A DNA stretch of 64,000 nucleotides from positions 18,593 through 82,592 of the forward strand of contig JAPDJO010000028.1 of assembly GCA_029259115.1 (NCBI GenBank), given 5' to 3'. The translations under genes and the position numbers were made by a program. This stretch comes from Thermoplasmatota archaeon. Its GTDB lineage: Archaea; Thermoplasmatota; E2; DHVEG-1; B18-G2. Each line of letters starts with the position of its first letter. The first letter of the stretch is position 1. The notes under the pieces were generated by a model that was given only the letters and a program-made list of their open reading frames with translations, was not told the origin of the DNA and did no database searches. Of the stretch, positions 19,353-31,382 are shown one piece after another.

Positions 19353-21271
19353 GAAAATGCCTCCGGGAGATCTTTTATCTCCGAATACCTAAACACAGGT
19401 CCCTCTTTGCATACGTATACTCCATTTATCTGACAGTGACCACACTTTCCTATACCGCATTTCATTCTTCTCTCTAAAGAAACGAATATATCTTCATCCC
19501 TTATCCCTATATCTTTAAGACATTTTATCACAAACTTATACATCACTGGAGGACCTACTACTATCGCTATCGTATTCCTTGGATCTCTGATCTCTATCTC
19601 AGAAAACAGGGTTGTAACTACTCCTATCTTTCCATCCCATCTCATACCTTCTGGGCAGGTATCTACAGATAATCTAATCTCCACATCTCTTGTTTTCTCC
19701 CATTCCTTGATCTCATCCATAAACAACACATCTCTGGGTGTTCTTGATCCGTAGAGTATGAAAACTTTTCCAAATCTGGATCTGTTATTCTTAGAGAGAA
19801 CATACTTTATCAGGGATCTCAAAGGTACAATCCCGATTCCTCCTGCAACAAAAAGCAGATCCTTTCCTTCCATCTCATCTATGTTAAAACCTTTGCCAAG
19901 AGGACCTCTTATCCCTATTTTGTCGCCTTCCTTCATAGAGTGAAGTTTGCCTGTAAGGTTACCAACTTTCCTAACTACCAACTCAAATCTGTTACTTCCT
20001 GTTGGAGGAGATGATATAGATATAGGAGCTTCTCCTACGCCAAATATTGATACCTCTACAAACTGTCCTGGTTGGAAGTTAAATTTATCTCTCCCTACCA
20101 TCTCTATCTCGAACAGTTTCTCTGATTCGGTTAGCGTTTCTATTCTCCTTATCATGGCAAACTCTGGTACAAAGGATGCTCTCGATTCCACGCCTTCTGG
20201 TAGTCTATATATCAGCTTTCCTTTTGATTCGCTCCTTCTCTCAAGAAGGGTATTGATTGCCTCGGCTGGATTTGCTATCTTGGGGATGCAAGCCTTGATG
20301 CATCTTCCACAGCCAACGCATGCTATAAAGTTGTATCTTAGTGGAATGTAAAGGCCCTTCCTGTAAAACCTATGCCTGTATCTATCTAATTTGCTTTTCC
20401 TAAATATCTCTCCACTTGCTATCTTTGTGAAATCTGGCAGTAAGCAACTATCCCATGTTCTTATTCTCTCCCCGCTCTCTAAAGTTATAGACACTTCATC
20501 TCTCACATCATAGCAATAGCAGGTTGGGCAAACTATCGTACAGGATCCACACTGCAGACATTTCTCTGATTCTTCCTCCCAAAACGGATGCTCATAAACA
20601 TCCATCAATAAAAATGGAATCTGATCTTTTTCGATCTCTATCTTTAGTTTGTACTTCTCAGGCAATTTCTCTCTATGCCTCTCAACCTTTTCAATATCTT
20701 CTTCACTAGCCTCTTCTATACCTTTAGCATATTTGAACAACAATTCCTTTCCCTCTTCACTTCCAACTTCTATAATTATTCCATCATCCAACTCCGTAAG
20801 CAGTAAATCAAAGCCATCCTCTACCCTGTGGGTACCAAGGCTTGAAGCGAAAGAGTACTCACTAACATTGATTATATCTGAGCCTATGATGATCGTATTT
20901 TCTCTCCTCCTCTTATAAAGCTCGTCTGGACTTTCTTTCAGGTATACCTCATCCATTTGTTTTATAGCAACTATATCGTAAGGATGTACTCCTATGATTA
21001 TCCTTTTTGTCTCTCCTTTGGAAATTCTTGCTCTCTGCTCCTTGACGTCAAACTTCATCAATTTCTCGTATGGAGGAAGCAAAAACACCTTTGGAGGTAA
21101 AATGGTGATATCATAGTCCAATCTTAGCTCTCTTGAATTCTCCAATTCAGAAAAAACAAAATTTCCTCTTTTCTCTTTTACCCCAATGGTCTCAAAGTTC
21201 TCTATGAGATTTTCTACGAATCTGTAAAAGTCGTCTTTATCAAGCTTGTATATCTCTCTACCCATGGTCAA
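19349..21271 (-). CDS. fused sulfhydrogenase beta (AsrA-like 4Fe-4S) and gamma (FAD/NAD(P), 2Fe-2S) subunits
   Basis: CLQCGSCTIVCPTCYC and CVGCGRCIKAC, then PGQF, GPLGKGF, AGGIG..PLRS, GPPVM, CGIGKCGHC in one continuous ORF. Confidence 0.9.
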   Translation of the reverse strand: MTMGREIYKLDKDDFYRFVENLIENFETIGVKEKRGNFVFSELENSRELRLDYDITILPPKVFLLPPYEKLMKFDVKEQRARISKGETKRIIIGVHPYDIVAIKQMDEVYLKESPDELYKRRRENTIIIGSDIINVSEYSFASSLGTHRVEDGFDLLLTELDDGIIIEVGSEEGKELLFKYAKGIEEASEEDIEKVERHREKLPEKYKLKIEIEKDQIPFLLMDVYEHPFWEEESEKCLQCGSCTIVCPTCYCYDVRDEVSITLESGERIRTWDSCLLPDFTKIASGEIFRKSKLDRYRHRFYRKGLYIPLRYNFIACVGCGRCIKACIPKIANPAEAINTLLERRSESKGKLIYRLPEGVESRASFVPEFAMIRRIETLTESEKLFEIEMVGRDKFNFQPGQFVEVSIFGVGEAPISISSPPTGSNRFELVVRKVGNLTGKLHSMKEGDKIGIRGPLGKGFNIDEMEGKDLLFVAGGIGIVPLRSLIKYVLSKNNRSRFGKVFILYGSRTPRDVLFMDEIKEWEKTRDVEIRLSVDTCPEGMRWDGKIGVVTTLFSEIEIRDPRNTIAIVVGPPVMYKFVIKCLKDIGIRDEDIFVSLERRMKCGIGKCGHCQINGVYVCKEGPVFRYSEIKDLPEAFS

Positions 21272-21303
21272 ATTGGGTATCGGGGATAGATTATTAATGG
21301 TTT

Positions 21304-21851
21304 CTACAATTTCTTCCTAAGATATTTTGCCAACATCTCTATGGATTTACCTCTATGAGAGTATCTATTTTTCTCCCGTACGTCCATCTCACCAAAGGTT
21401 TTATCTGATCCTGAAGGGATAAATATCGGATCGAAACCAAAACCTTTTGTTCCTCTTTCTTCGTGAGATATCATCCCTTGACATGTCCCTATGAATACCT
21501 TTGCCTTTTTTCCTTTTTCCTTGTAGACAATCACAGACCTGAACTCTGCATATCTATCTTCTTCAGCTTCCATAAGTCTCAATATCCCTCTACAACCTAT
21601 CTTCTTGAAAACATACGCCGAGTACACTCCTGGAAAACCGTTAAGAGATCTTATAAAAAGCCCAGCATCTTCTAGGAAAAAAGGTTTATCTATCTTCCTG
21701 GACAAGTATCTCGCTCCGTAAATAGCTACATCAACCAGATTATCTGCCTGAATTTCTGGATAGCCCTTATCGTAATGTAATAACTTTATTCCTATTCTCT
21801 CTAACTTCTCCTTGGCTTCCTTAAATTTTCCCCTGTTTTGAGTAGCGAACA

Positions 21852-21861
<10 letters not shown>
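21304..21861 (-). CDS. rdgB: non-canonical purine NTP pyrophosphatase (RdgB/HAM1)
   Basis: ATQNRGK, EDAGL, PGVYS, GFGFDPIF, SHRGK. Confidence 0.93.
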
Positions 21862-25124
<3,263 letters not shown>

Positions 25125-25257
25125 ATTATCACCATATTTTTATCTATTTGTGTTTTTTAAATTTGGTGGTTGAAATATCTTAATTACTCTTTGCACTTTT
25201 TGGAATTTTTTGGAATAAAGAAATATTTATTACTAAGATAGGTAGATTTCTAATAAC

Positions 25258-26595
25258 ATGTCAGATGATCTCGACATCCTGGGAGTGCTACCATCAGATA
25301 GGAAAAAACTGGAATCCATGGGAATAACTAGGATAGAGCAGATCGCATTACTTACTCCTCAACAACTAGGAATGGGAAAAAGTAAAGGAGAGAGTTTGAT
25401 ACGAAGGGCTCACAACATAATAGCAAGTAGAAGCATAGAAGATATAGAGATAGGAGAGAAAGAGATCAGAGTTAAAGTTGATTCTTTAAGCAAACCCGTC
25501 AAAAAATCTGTTCTTTCTGTTCTTGGAGTATACGAGCTTCATCCAGGTAGCGTGATGGTCTCAGAGAAAGGAAACGTTATTTACATATACAAGAAGTCTC
25601 CGGTTTTCTCAAAGATCGTGGAAAATGCAGAGATACAGAAATCTATGATAGAGGAGAGGAGACAAAACGAGCTCAAATCAAAGGGTTTGACATTAGACTT
25701 AGAAGAAATCAGAGATTTTGCAATAAACAGAGGATTTGAAGGATTTTGGAAGAACGTATTCAGTGAGATAAAAGGAAATGAGATAATGAAAAAATCCCTA
25801 TCCATAAGCTTATTCTCGACTTTCGAAGAACCTGTTCATTCCCTGATAATAGGCGAACCAGGGAGCAGCAAGACTTTGGCAAAGGAGATAATAGAATCAA
25901 CTTTCAAAGATATATCAACGATAGGAGCAAACACCACTAGAGCGGGCTTGGTTTGCAATCTTGGAACAGGAGATCTTGGAGCTCTTCCTCATTCTCACAA
26001 TAAGATAGTATTGGTTGATGAGTTTGACAAGATACCAGAGAGTGATATAGAGTATTGCTATGAGCTTCTCTCCAATGGCAGATGTAGTGTTCACTCGTCT
26101 AGAATTCATACCAATATAGAGAGTAAATTTATCATGATAGCTTTTGCAAATCCAAAAAAAGGTGTGTTTAAAGGAAATCCAATGGATGAGATTCCTCTAC
26201 CGCCTTTGCTTGTAAGTAGATTTGCACTGATTGTCAAAACAGAGAATATAAGTGAAGAAGATAGAAAGGCTCTCTTCAAGGAGAAATTCTACGGAAGATC
26301 TGAGATAAGGGTAAAACCAGAATACTATGACCAGTGGATAAAGTTGTCTAGGGAATTTTATCCCAATATTACTGCAAGTGAAAGAGATGTTGATAGATAC
26401 ATAGACAAGGTGTCTAAGTTAGTAGAGGTATATCAATCTACAAATCTGAGGAGAGATTTGAGAATGGGAGACTACATACGAAGAATTCCCTTCTCCATAG
26501 CGAGAGCTGGCTTTAGAGATATCGACTCTGATATATTAAGAGAAAGCGAGAATATTTTAGAGGAATCAATAAGAAGTTGGGAGGAGAATGGATAA
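25258..26595 (+). CDS. atypical MCM-family AAA+ ATPase with N-terminal RadA-like HhH domain
   Basis: GEPGSSKT Walker A, LVDEFDKI Walker B, AFANP sensor 1, LVSRFALI Arg finger; N-terminus LGV.P....KL..MG....EQIA. Confidence 0.8.
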   Translation: MSDDLDILGVLPSDRKKLESMGITRIEQIALLTPQQLGMGKSKGESLIRRAHNIIASRSIEDIEIGEKEIRVKVDSLSKPVKKSVLSVLGVYELHPGSVMVSEKGNVIYIYKKSPVFSKIVENAEIQKSMIEERRQNELKSKGLTLDLEEIRDFAINRGFEGFWKNVFSEIKGNEIMKKSLSISLFSTFEEPVHSLIIGEPGSSKTLAKEIIESTFKDISTIGANTTRAGLVCNLGTGDLGALPHSHNKIVLVDEFDKIPESDIEYCYELLSNGRCSVHSSRIHTNIESKFIMIAFANPKKGVFKGNPMDEIPLPPLLVSRFALIVKTENISEEDRKALFKEKFYGRSEIRVKPEYYDQWIKLSREFYPNITASERDVDRYIDKVSKLVEVYQSTNLRRDLRMGDYIRRIPFSIARAGFRDIDSDILRESENILEESIRSWEENG

Positions 26596-27079
26596 AAGGA
26601 TTCTAGATATATTTTACTCTAGAGATCGAAATGTGGCTGAGATAACAATGCAGGCAATATATAGAGAATATCAAGATATACTAGAACCAAAAATCGTGGG
26701 AATGCTTGAGTTAGATAAGAATTGTTTTTCTGAGGAGAGAAATCAATACGATGCCGATCTCCTCTTGACCAAATTGAGGAAGAATAAAAATCTTTTTCTC
26801 TGGGTGGTTCACGATGACATCTTTTCAGATGATCTCAATTTTGTATTTGGATGTGCGATTCCTCTCAAGGGAGCTATACTATCAACATTTCGCTTGAGAT
26901 CAAAGGATCTGATAGAAAAAGAAGCAATCCATGAGATAGGTCATGTTTTGGGATTAACTCATTGTAAAAACGAATGTGTCATGATGTTCTCCAACTCCTT
27001 ATATGAAGCTATCTTAAAACCGAAAAATCTATGTGATTCTTGTAGAGAAAAATTGAGAAAGGTCTATGGCTATGTTTAA
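26588..27079 (+). CDS. amzA: archaemetzincin (M54) zinc metalloprotease
   Basis: [17 protein letters not shown]...CVM.FSNS...LC..C. Confidence 0.9.
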   Translation: MDKRILDIFYSRDRNVAEITMQAIYREYQDILEPKIVGMLELDKNCFSEERNQYDADLLLTKLRKNKNLFLWVVHDDIFSDDLNFVFGCAIPLKGAILSTFRLRSKDLIEKEAIHEIGHVLGLTHCKNECVMMFSNSLYEAILKPKNLCDSCREKLRKVYGYV

Positions 27080-27695
27080 GAAGAAGCACTTAGCCAAAAT
27101 ACTTTCCAATCTAGAAGGATTTGACAAACCAAAGGTGGAACTGGAACAATACGAGACGCCTGGCGATGTTGCTGCAGAGCTACTTTGGACAGCAGATATG
27201 AAAGGGAAAATCAAAAATAGAACCGTGGCTGATCTTGGCTGCGGAACAGGTATACTATCTATAGGTTGCGCCCTGCTTGGTGCAAAGAAAGTTTATGCCG
27301 TGGATATAGATAGAGAAGCTATAACTATAGCAAAAAGGAATGCTGTAAAAATGGGTTGCTCCGATAATATCGATTTCTTCGAAATGGATGTGTCAGGTTT
27401 TGACATCAAGGTCGATACTGTTGTTATGAATCCACCTTTTGGATGTCAATCTAGAAACGCTGATAGACCTTTTCTTCAGAAGAGCTTTGAAATCAGTAAC
27501 GATGTTTTTTCTCTACATCTAGCCAAGGAAGAAGTTGAAAGATTTTTGAAGAGATACTCAGAGGAACTCGGATTTAGAGCACATTTCATAAAGAAAGTGA
27601 AAATGGAAATACCGGCAAAGTTCTTCTTTCACAAAAAGAGAATAGATAGAATAGATGTGAATATAATTCATTTCGAGAGGATAAAGGATGTATGA
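27066..27695 (+). CDS. METTL5-like N6-adenine-type RNA methyltransferase
   Basis: PK.ELEQY.TP, DLGCGTG, MNPPFG, F.FHKK. Confidence 0.88.
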   Translation: MAMFKKKHLAKILSNLEGFDKPKVELEQYETPGDVAAELLWTADMKGKIKNRTVADLGCGTGILSIGCALLGAKKVYAVDIDREAITIAKRNAVKMGCSDNIDFFEMDVSGFDIKVDTVVMNPPFGCQSRNADRPFLQKSFEISNDVFSLHLAKEEVERFLKRYSEELGFRAHFIKKVKMEIPAKFFFHKKRIDRIDVNIIHFERIKDV

Positions 27696-28407
27696 CCCCA
27701 TAGAGCTGTCAAAGAAAACCGAAAAGATCGTTGTAAAGGATGGAAAGAAAAAGTATCACAGATTTAGATTTACCAGATTCTATGGTTGCTCTGCAACAGC
27801 AGACTCTGTAGGATGTAACTTGAGATGTATATTCTGTTGGTCTGATAGAGCCGTGAGATTGCCGAACAAGATGGGCAGATTCTACTCTCCTGATGAAGTA
27901 GTAGATAAGCTTATAGAGTTAGCTAATAACAATAAATGCAAGATAATAAGGATATCTGGAGCTGAACCAACTATAGGAAGATCTCATCTTTTAGCTCTTT
28001 TAGATCTAGTAGATGCATACGATAAGATCTTTATTCTTGAGACTAACGGGATATTGCTGGGGGCAGATAGAAAATATGTCGAGGAGCTTTCGGGCTATAA
28101 TAGATTACATGTAAGAGTATCTTTAAAGGGTTGCAGTGAAGAGGAGTTTAGATTTTTGACCAGAGCTAAAAATGGTTTTTCCTATCAGATAAGATCTTTA
28201 GAGTATCTATCTGACTATGGAGTATCTTTCCATCCATCTGTTGTATCCACGAGGGGAGAAGAAGAAAAGATAATAGAAACTCTCGAGAATATTGGTATAA
28301 GGAGGAATGTAATAGAATGGGAGAAACTAAAACTCTACCCTCCAGTTAAGGAGAGATTAAGGAGGTTAAATTTGTTGGATAAACTTGCTGACGTATGGGA
28401 AGATTGA
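27688..28407 (+). CDS. radical SAM protein (COG5014-like)
   Basis: [37 protein letters not shown]. Confidence 0.85.
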   Translation: MYDPIELSKKTEKIVVKDGKKKYHRFRFTRFYGCSATADSVGCNLRCIFCWSDRAVRLPNKMGRFYSPDEVVDKLIELANNNKCKIIRISGAEPTIGRSHLLALLDLVDAYDKIFILETNGILLGADRKYVEELSGYNRLHVRVSLKGCSEEEFRFLTRAKNGFSYQIRSLEYLSDYGVSFHPSVVSTRGEEEKIIETLENIGIRRNVIEWEKLKLYPPVKERLRRLNLLDKLADVWED

Positions 28408-28450
28408 AAATTATAAAAATATTTATATTCAGAGAATTGTATTTACAAGT

Positions 28451-28514
28451 GGATGGGGGTTCTCGGATTCAGCCCTCCTCTCCTCATCCCTCCTAGCTTT
28501 TTAGCCCCCATCCC
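28451..28514 (+). ncRNA. candidate small RNA: terminal stem with CU-rich anti-SD loop
   Basis: GGATGGGGGTT (28451-61) pairs with AGCCCCCATCC (28503-13); GC-rich island in an AT-rich spacer; AAAAATATTTATA promoter-like element about 24 nt upstream. Confidence 0.55.
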
Positions 28515-28518
28515 ATAA

Positions 28519-29604
28519 CTATTCTAACTTTTCCACACCAACTTTTTCTGCGATCTCATTTATCTCTTCTAGGACCTTGTGATATATTGGTATACCTATC
28601 TTTAATCTAGTCTCTGCTGTTAAAGCTCCTTTCTCTCCTGGATACCATATCTTCTTTCCCTCTTTGGCTTTGCTTTTCTTTATATCCATGATCATCTCTT
28701 TCATTCTTCTCTTGAACTCTTCTAGAGGCATAAAAGCCTCAACATTTATAGCGATAAACATGTGCCCAACATTGCTATTTTTCTCATCCGTGTTTTTAAC
28801 CCATTTGCTCCATGTCGCATTGGTCAATACTCCGCTTAAAATATCTACCACTAAGCTCAAACCATAGCCTTTATGACCTCCCAGTATTTCACCTATCCCT
28901 CCAAGCGGAAGCTCAGCTCCCTCAGATAGAACCTCGTTAGGATCCGTTGTTATTTCTCCGTACCTATCGACTCCCCAGCCTTCAGGGATTGGTTTATCCT
29001 TTCTCCTGTACAGCTCGAACTTTCCAGTTGAGACTACGCTCGTCGCCATATCGAGTAAAAACGGGGGCATGTCTTCTATTGGAGCACCTATGGCTATAGG
29101 ATTTGTTCCTATGACCTTTTCTATACCCCACGTAGGTGTAACCAAAGGTCTAGTTGTTGTCATCGATATGCCTATAAGTTCTTCATCTACAGCCATAAGA
29201 GAGTAATGTCCAGCTATACCAAAGTGATTGCTATTTCTTACGCCTACCATCCCAAATAGATTTTCCTTAGCTTTATCTATAGCCATTTTCATCGCTTTGT
29301 AGCTCACGGGCTGGCCTAAACCTTCATCTCCATCCAGAAGCGCATGCACCTTGCTTTCCCTTTCTATCCTTATATTTGGTCTGAGATTGACAGCATTCTT
29401 CTCTATAGCTTTAACATATCTCTTCAGTCTCTGAGCACCGTGACTTTCTACGCCTCTAAGATCAGCGATTATGAGATTGTCTGCAACTATCCTTGCATCC
29501 TCTTCTGGTACAGATAAAGCTGTCAAGATATCTACGTAGAATCTATGCAATCTGTCTTTTGAAAACCTTACATAACTCTCATCTACTTCCACCTTTTCAA
29601 ACAT
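28519..29604 (-). CDS. Ldh_2-family (malate/L-lactate/sulfolactate) dehydrogenase
   Basis: DLRGVESHG, NSNHFGIAG, GTNPIA, LDMATS, GHKGYGL, PGE. Confidence 0.9.
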   Translation of the reverse strand: MFEKVEVDESYVRFSKDRLHRFYVDILTALSVPEEDARIVADNLIIADLRGVESHGAQRLKRYVKAIEKNAVNLRPNIRIERESKVHALLDGDEGLGQPVSYKAMKMAIDKAKENLFGMVGVRNSNHFGIAGHYSLMAVDEELIGISMTTTRPLVTPTWGIEKVIGTNPIAIGAPIEDMPPFLLDMATSVVSTGKFELYRRKDKPIPEGWGVDRYGEITTDPNEVLSEGAELPLGGIGEILGGHKGYGLSLVVDILSGVLTNATWSKWVKNTDEKNSNVGHMFIAINVEAFMPLEEFKRRMKEMIMDIKKSKAKEGKKIWYPGEKGALTAETRLKIGIPIYHKVLEEINEIAEKVGVEKLE

Positions 29605-29635
29605 GGAGCAAGGTATAAGAAAACTAAATTTTAAA

Positions 29636-30025
29636 TCATTTTGATTCGCAGTATCTTTTCATAACAGCTTTTCTTGCCGTCTCAGAGTTAAACCTATGTT
29701 GTTTTTTCTTATACTTCAAAAACTCGAGCATTCTCTGTGCCTCCTCCTTGCGATTTTTCAGATAGGGAATCACATTAGTAAGTAGATGATAAAGTTCTAC
29801 TCTGCTATGAACCAGCCAAGTGTAGACGATTTTTCCGTTTCTCACGGTTTCTTTCACGCGGCCCATGTTTGTTAATCTGTAAAGTAATCTGATTATCGAA
29901 CCATCTACGGTTGATATCTTGAATGTGTGAAAATGGTGACCTTTTTCATTAACTCTATAGTAAAAACAGCCTCTCTTATCTATAAAAGCAGCTATGATTG
30001 GAGCAGTATTGCTATCTATCATCAA
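29636..30025 (-). CDS. stand-alone single-motif LAGLIDADG-fold protein, catalytic motif degenerate
   Basis: IIAAFIDKRGCF resembles YLAGFxDGEGxF; MGRV...YTWLV...LL..VIPYL..RK.EA...LEF resembles the I-CreI-type core. Confidence 0.65.
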   Translation of the reverse strand: MMIDSNTAPIIAAFIDKRGCFYYRVNEKGHHFHTFKISTVDGSIIRLLYRLTNMGRVKETVRNGKIVYTWLVHSRVELYHLLTNVIPYLKNRKEEAQRMLEFLKYKKKQHRFNSETARKAVMKRYCESK

Positions 30026-30058
30026 ATATAATATATACTTTACTCATAATAAATTTTA

Positions 30059-30508
30059 CTATATACTTTTAATTATATCTAAAGCTTCTTTTAAACACCT
30101 CCCTATAGATATCCTTCCAAGAATTTCGCTAGATATAAATCTTTCCTCCTTTAGACTCTTCAGTACATCGAGTATTTGTTCTATTCTGAGTTGAAAATCC
30201 AAACATTCATGGAGATGTATCACGGCATTAACATCAGGTAGTCTGTATATCATCCAGTGAATTGGTAAAGAGGGAGGAGGCTGATTATAGCCTATAACAA
30301 GAGCCGTATCCGTCGATATGTTGTAGTCTACAACTTCAACAAAATCATCCTCACTTAAATTTTTAAGTTCTGGATTCGTCGAGATCAGTATTCTATTCCC
30401 ATACCTAACACTTATCGTTCCTCTCTGATCCATTTCTCTTCCTATATCAATGATCTCTTTCACATAAGGGTTTCTAACCTTTTCTCTAGATAGAATTATC
30501 ACTCTCAC
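30059..30508 (-). CDS. class II aldolase/adducin-fold protein, truncated and degenerate
   Basis: GTISVR, P....IH.MIY..PDVNAVIHLH; lacks the PSSE glutamate and the NHG histidine. Confidence 0.65.
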   Translation of the reverse strand: MRVIILSREKVRNPYVKEIIDIGREMDQRGTISVRYGNRILISTNPELKNLSEDDFVEVVDYNISTDTALVIGYNQPPPSLPIHWMIYRLPDVNAVIHLHECLDFQLRIEQILDVLKSLKEERFISSEILGRISIGRCLKEALDIIKSI

Positions 30509-30577
30509 ATACCCTATATCTACTTCCAGTAATAAACCTTTTATAAGCGATCCAAATTCCTTACTTTGGGGATAATT

Positions 30578-31378
30578 ATGGATTGGGGGATGAAAAACAG
30601 ATTATCCAGAATAATAAAACCGAAGGATAATAGAACGGTTATGCTAGCTGTGGATCATGGCTATTTTATGGGTCCGACAACAGGTCTAGAGAATCTAGGT
30701 AAGACCGTGATACCTCTTCTGCCCTATGCTGATAGTCTCATGCTAACCAGAGGTGCACTCAGGAGATACATACCTCCAGAGACAGATACCCCTATCGTTT
30801 TAAGAATATCTGGAGGCACAAGTATAGTTGGCAAGGAACTCCTTCACGAAGGAATCATAACCTCTATGAAGGAAGCAATAAGATTGAATGTTGCAGGAGT
30901 TGCTTTCTCTATCCTCATTGGAGCAGATTTTGAAAGAGATACATTACTCGGACTTGCAAAAGTAGTTGATGAAGCAGAGGAGTATGGTATTCCCGTGGTA
31001 GCAGTAACCGCTGTTGGAAGAGACATGAACAAAGATGCCAAGTATCTCAGCCTAGCATCGAGGATGGCAGCAGAATTCGGCGCTCATATAGTGAAGACAT
31101 ACTACTGCGAGAACTTTGAAAGAGTCGTAGATACTTGCCCAGTTCCAATAGTCATAGCTGGCGGAAAAAAGATAGACGAAAAAGATGCTCTAGAGATGAC
31201 ATACAATGCCATACAAGCCGGAGCAGCAGGCGTCGACATGGGTAGAAATATATTCCAGTCCAGCAATCCAGTTGGAATGATAAAGGCAATAAGAGCCATA
31301 GTTCATGAGGGTGCAACTCCAAAAGAAGCTTATGAGATTTTCAAAGAAGAACCTTTGGTAGAGGTAAGGAGCGAGTAA
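30578..31378 (+). CDS. lsrF: LsrF-like thiolase / DhnA-type class I aldolase
   Basis: MDWGMKNRLSRI, MLAVDHGYF.GPT.GLE, VKTYY, PVPIVIAGGKK, GVDMGRNIFQS. Confidence 0.85.
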   Translation: MDWGMKNRLSRIIKPKDNRTVMLAVDHGYFMGPTTGLENLGKTVIPLLPYADSLMLTRGALRRYIPPETDTPIVLRISGGTSIVGKELLHEGIITSMKEAIRLNVAGVAFSILIGADFERDTLLGLAKVVDEAEEYGIPVVAVTAVGRDMNKDAKYLSLASRMAAEFGAHIVKTYYCENFERVVDTCPVPIVIAGGKKIDEKDALEMTYNAIQAGAAGVDMGRNIFQSSNPVGMIKAIRAIVHEGATPKEAYEIFKEEPLVEVRSE

Positions 31379-31382
31379 TCAT

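Noticed and set aside
29636-30025. Mobile intron or intein carrying the LAGLIDADG ORF
   Set aside because: No interrupted host gene, no intein termini and no rRNA/tRNA exon context visible
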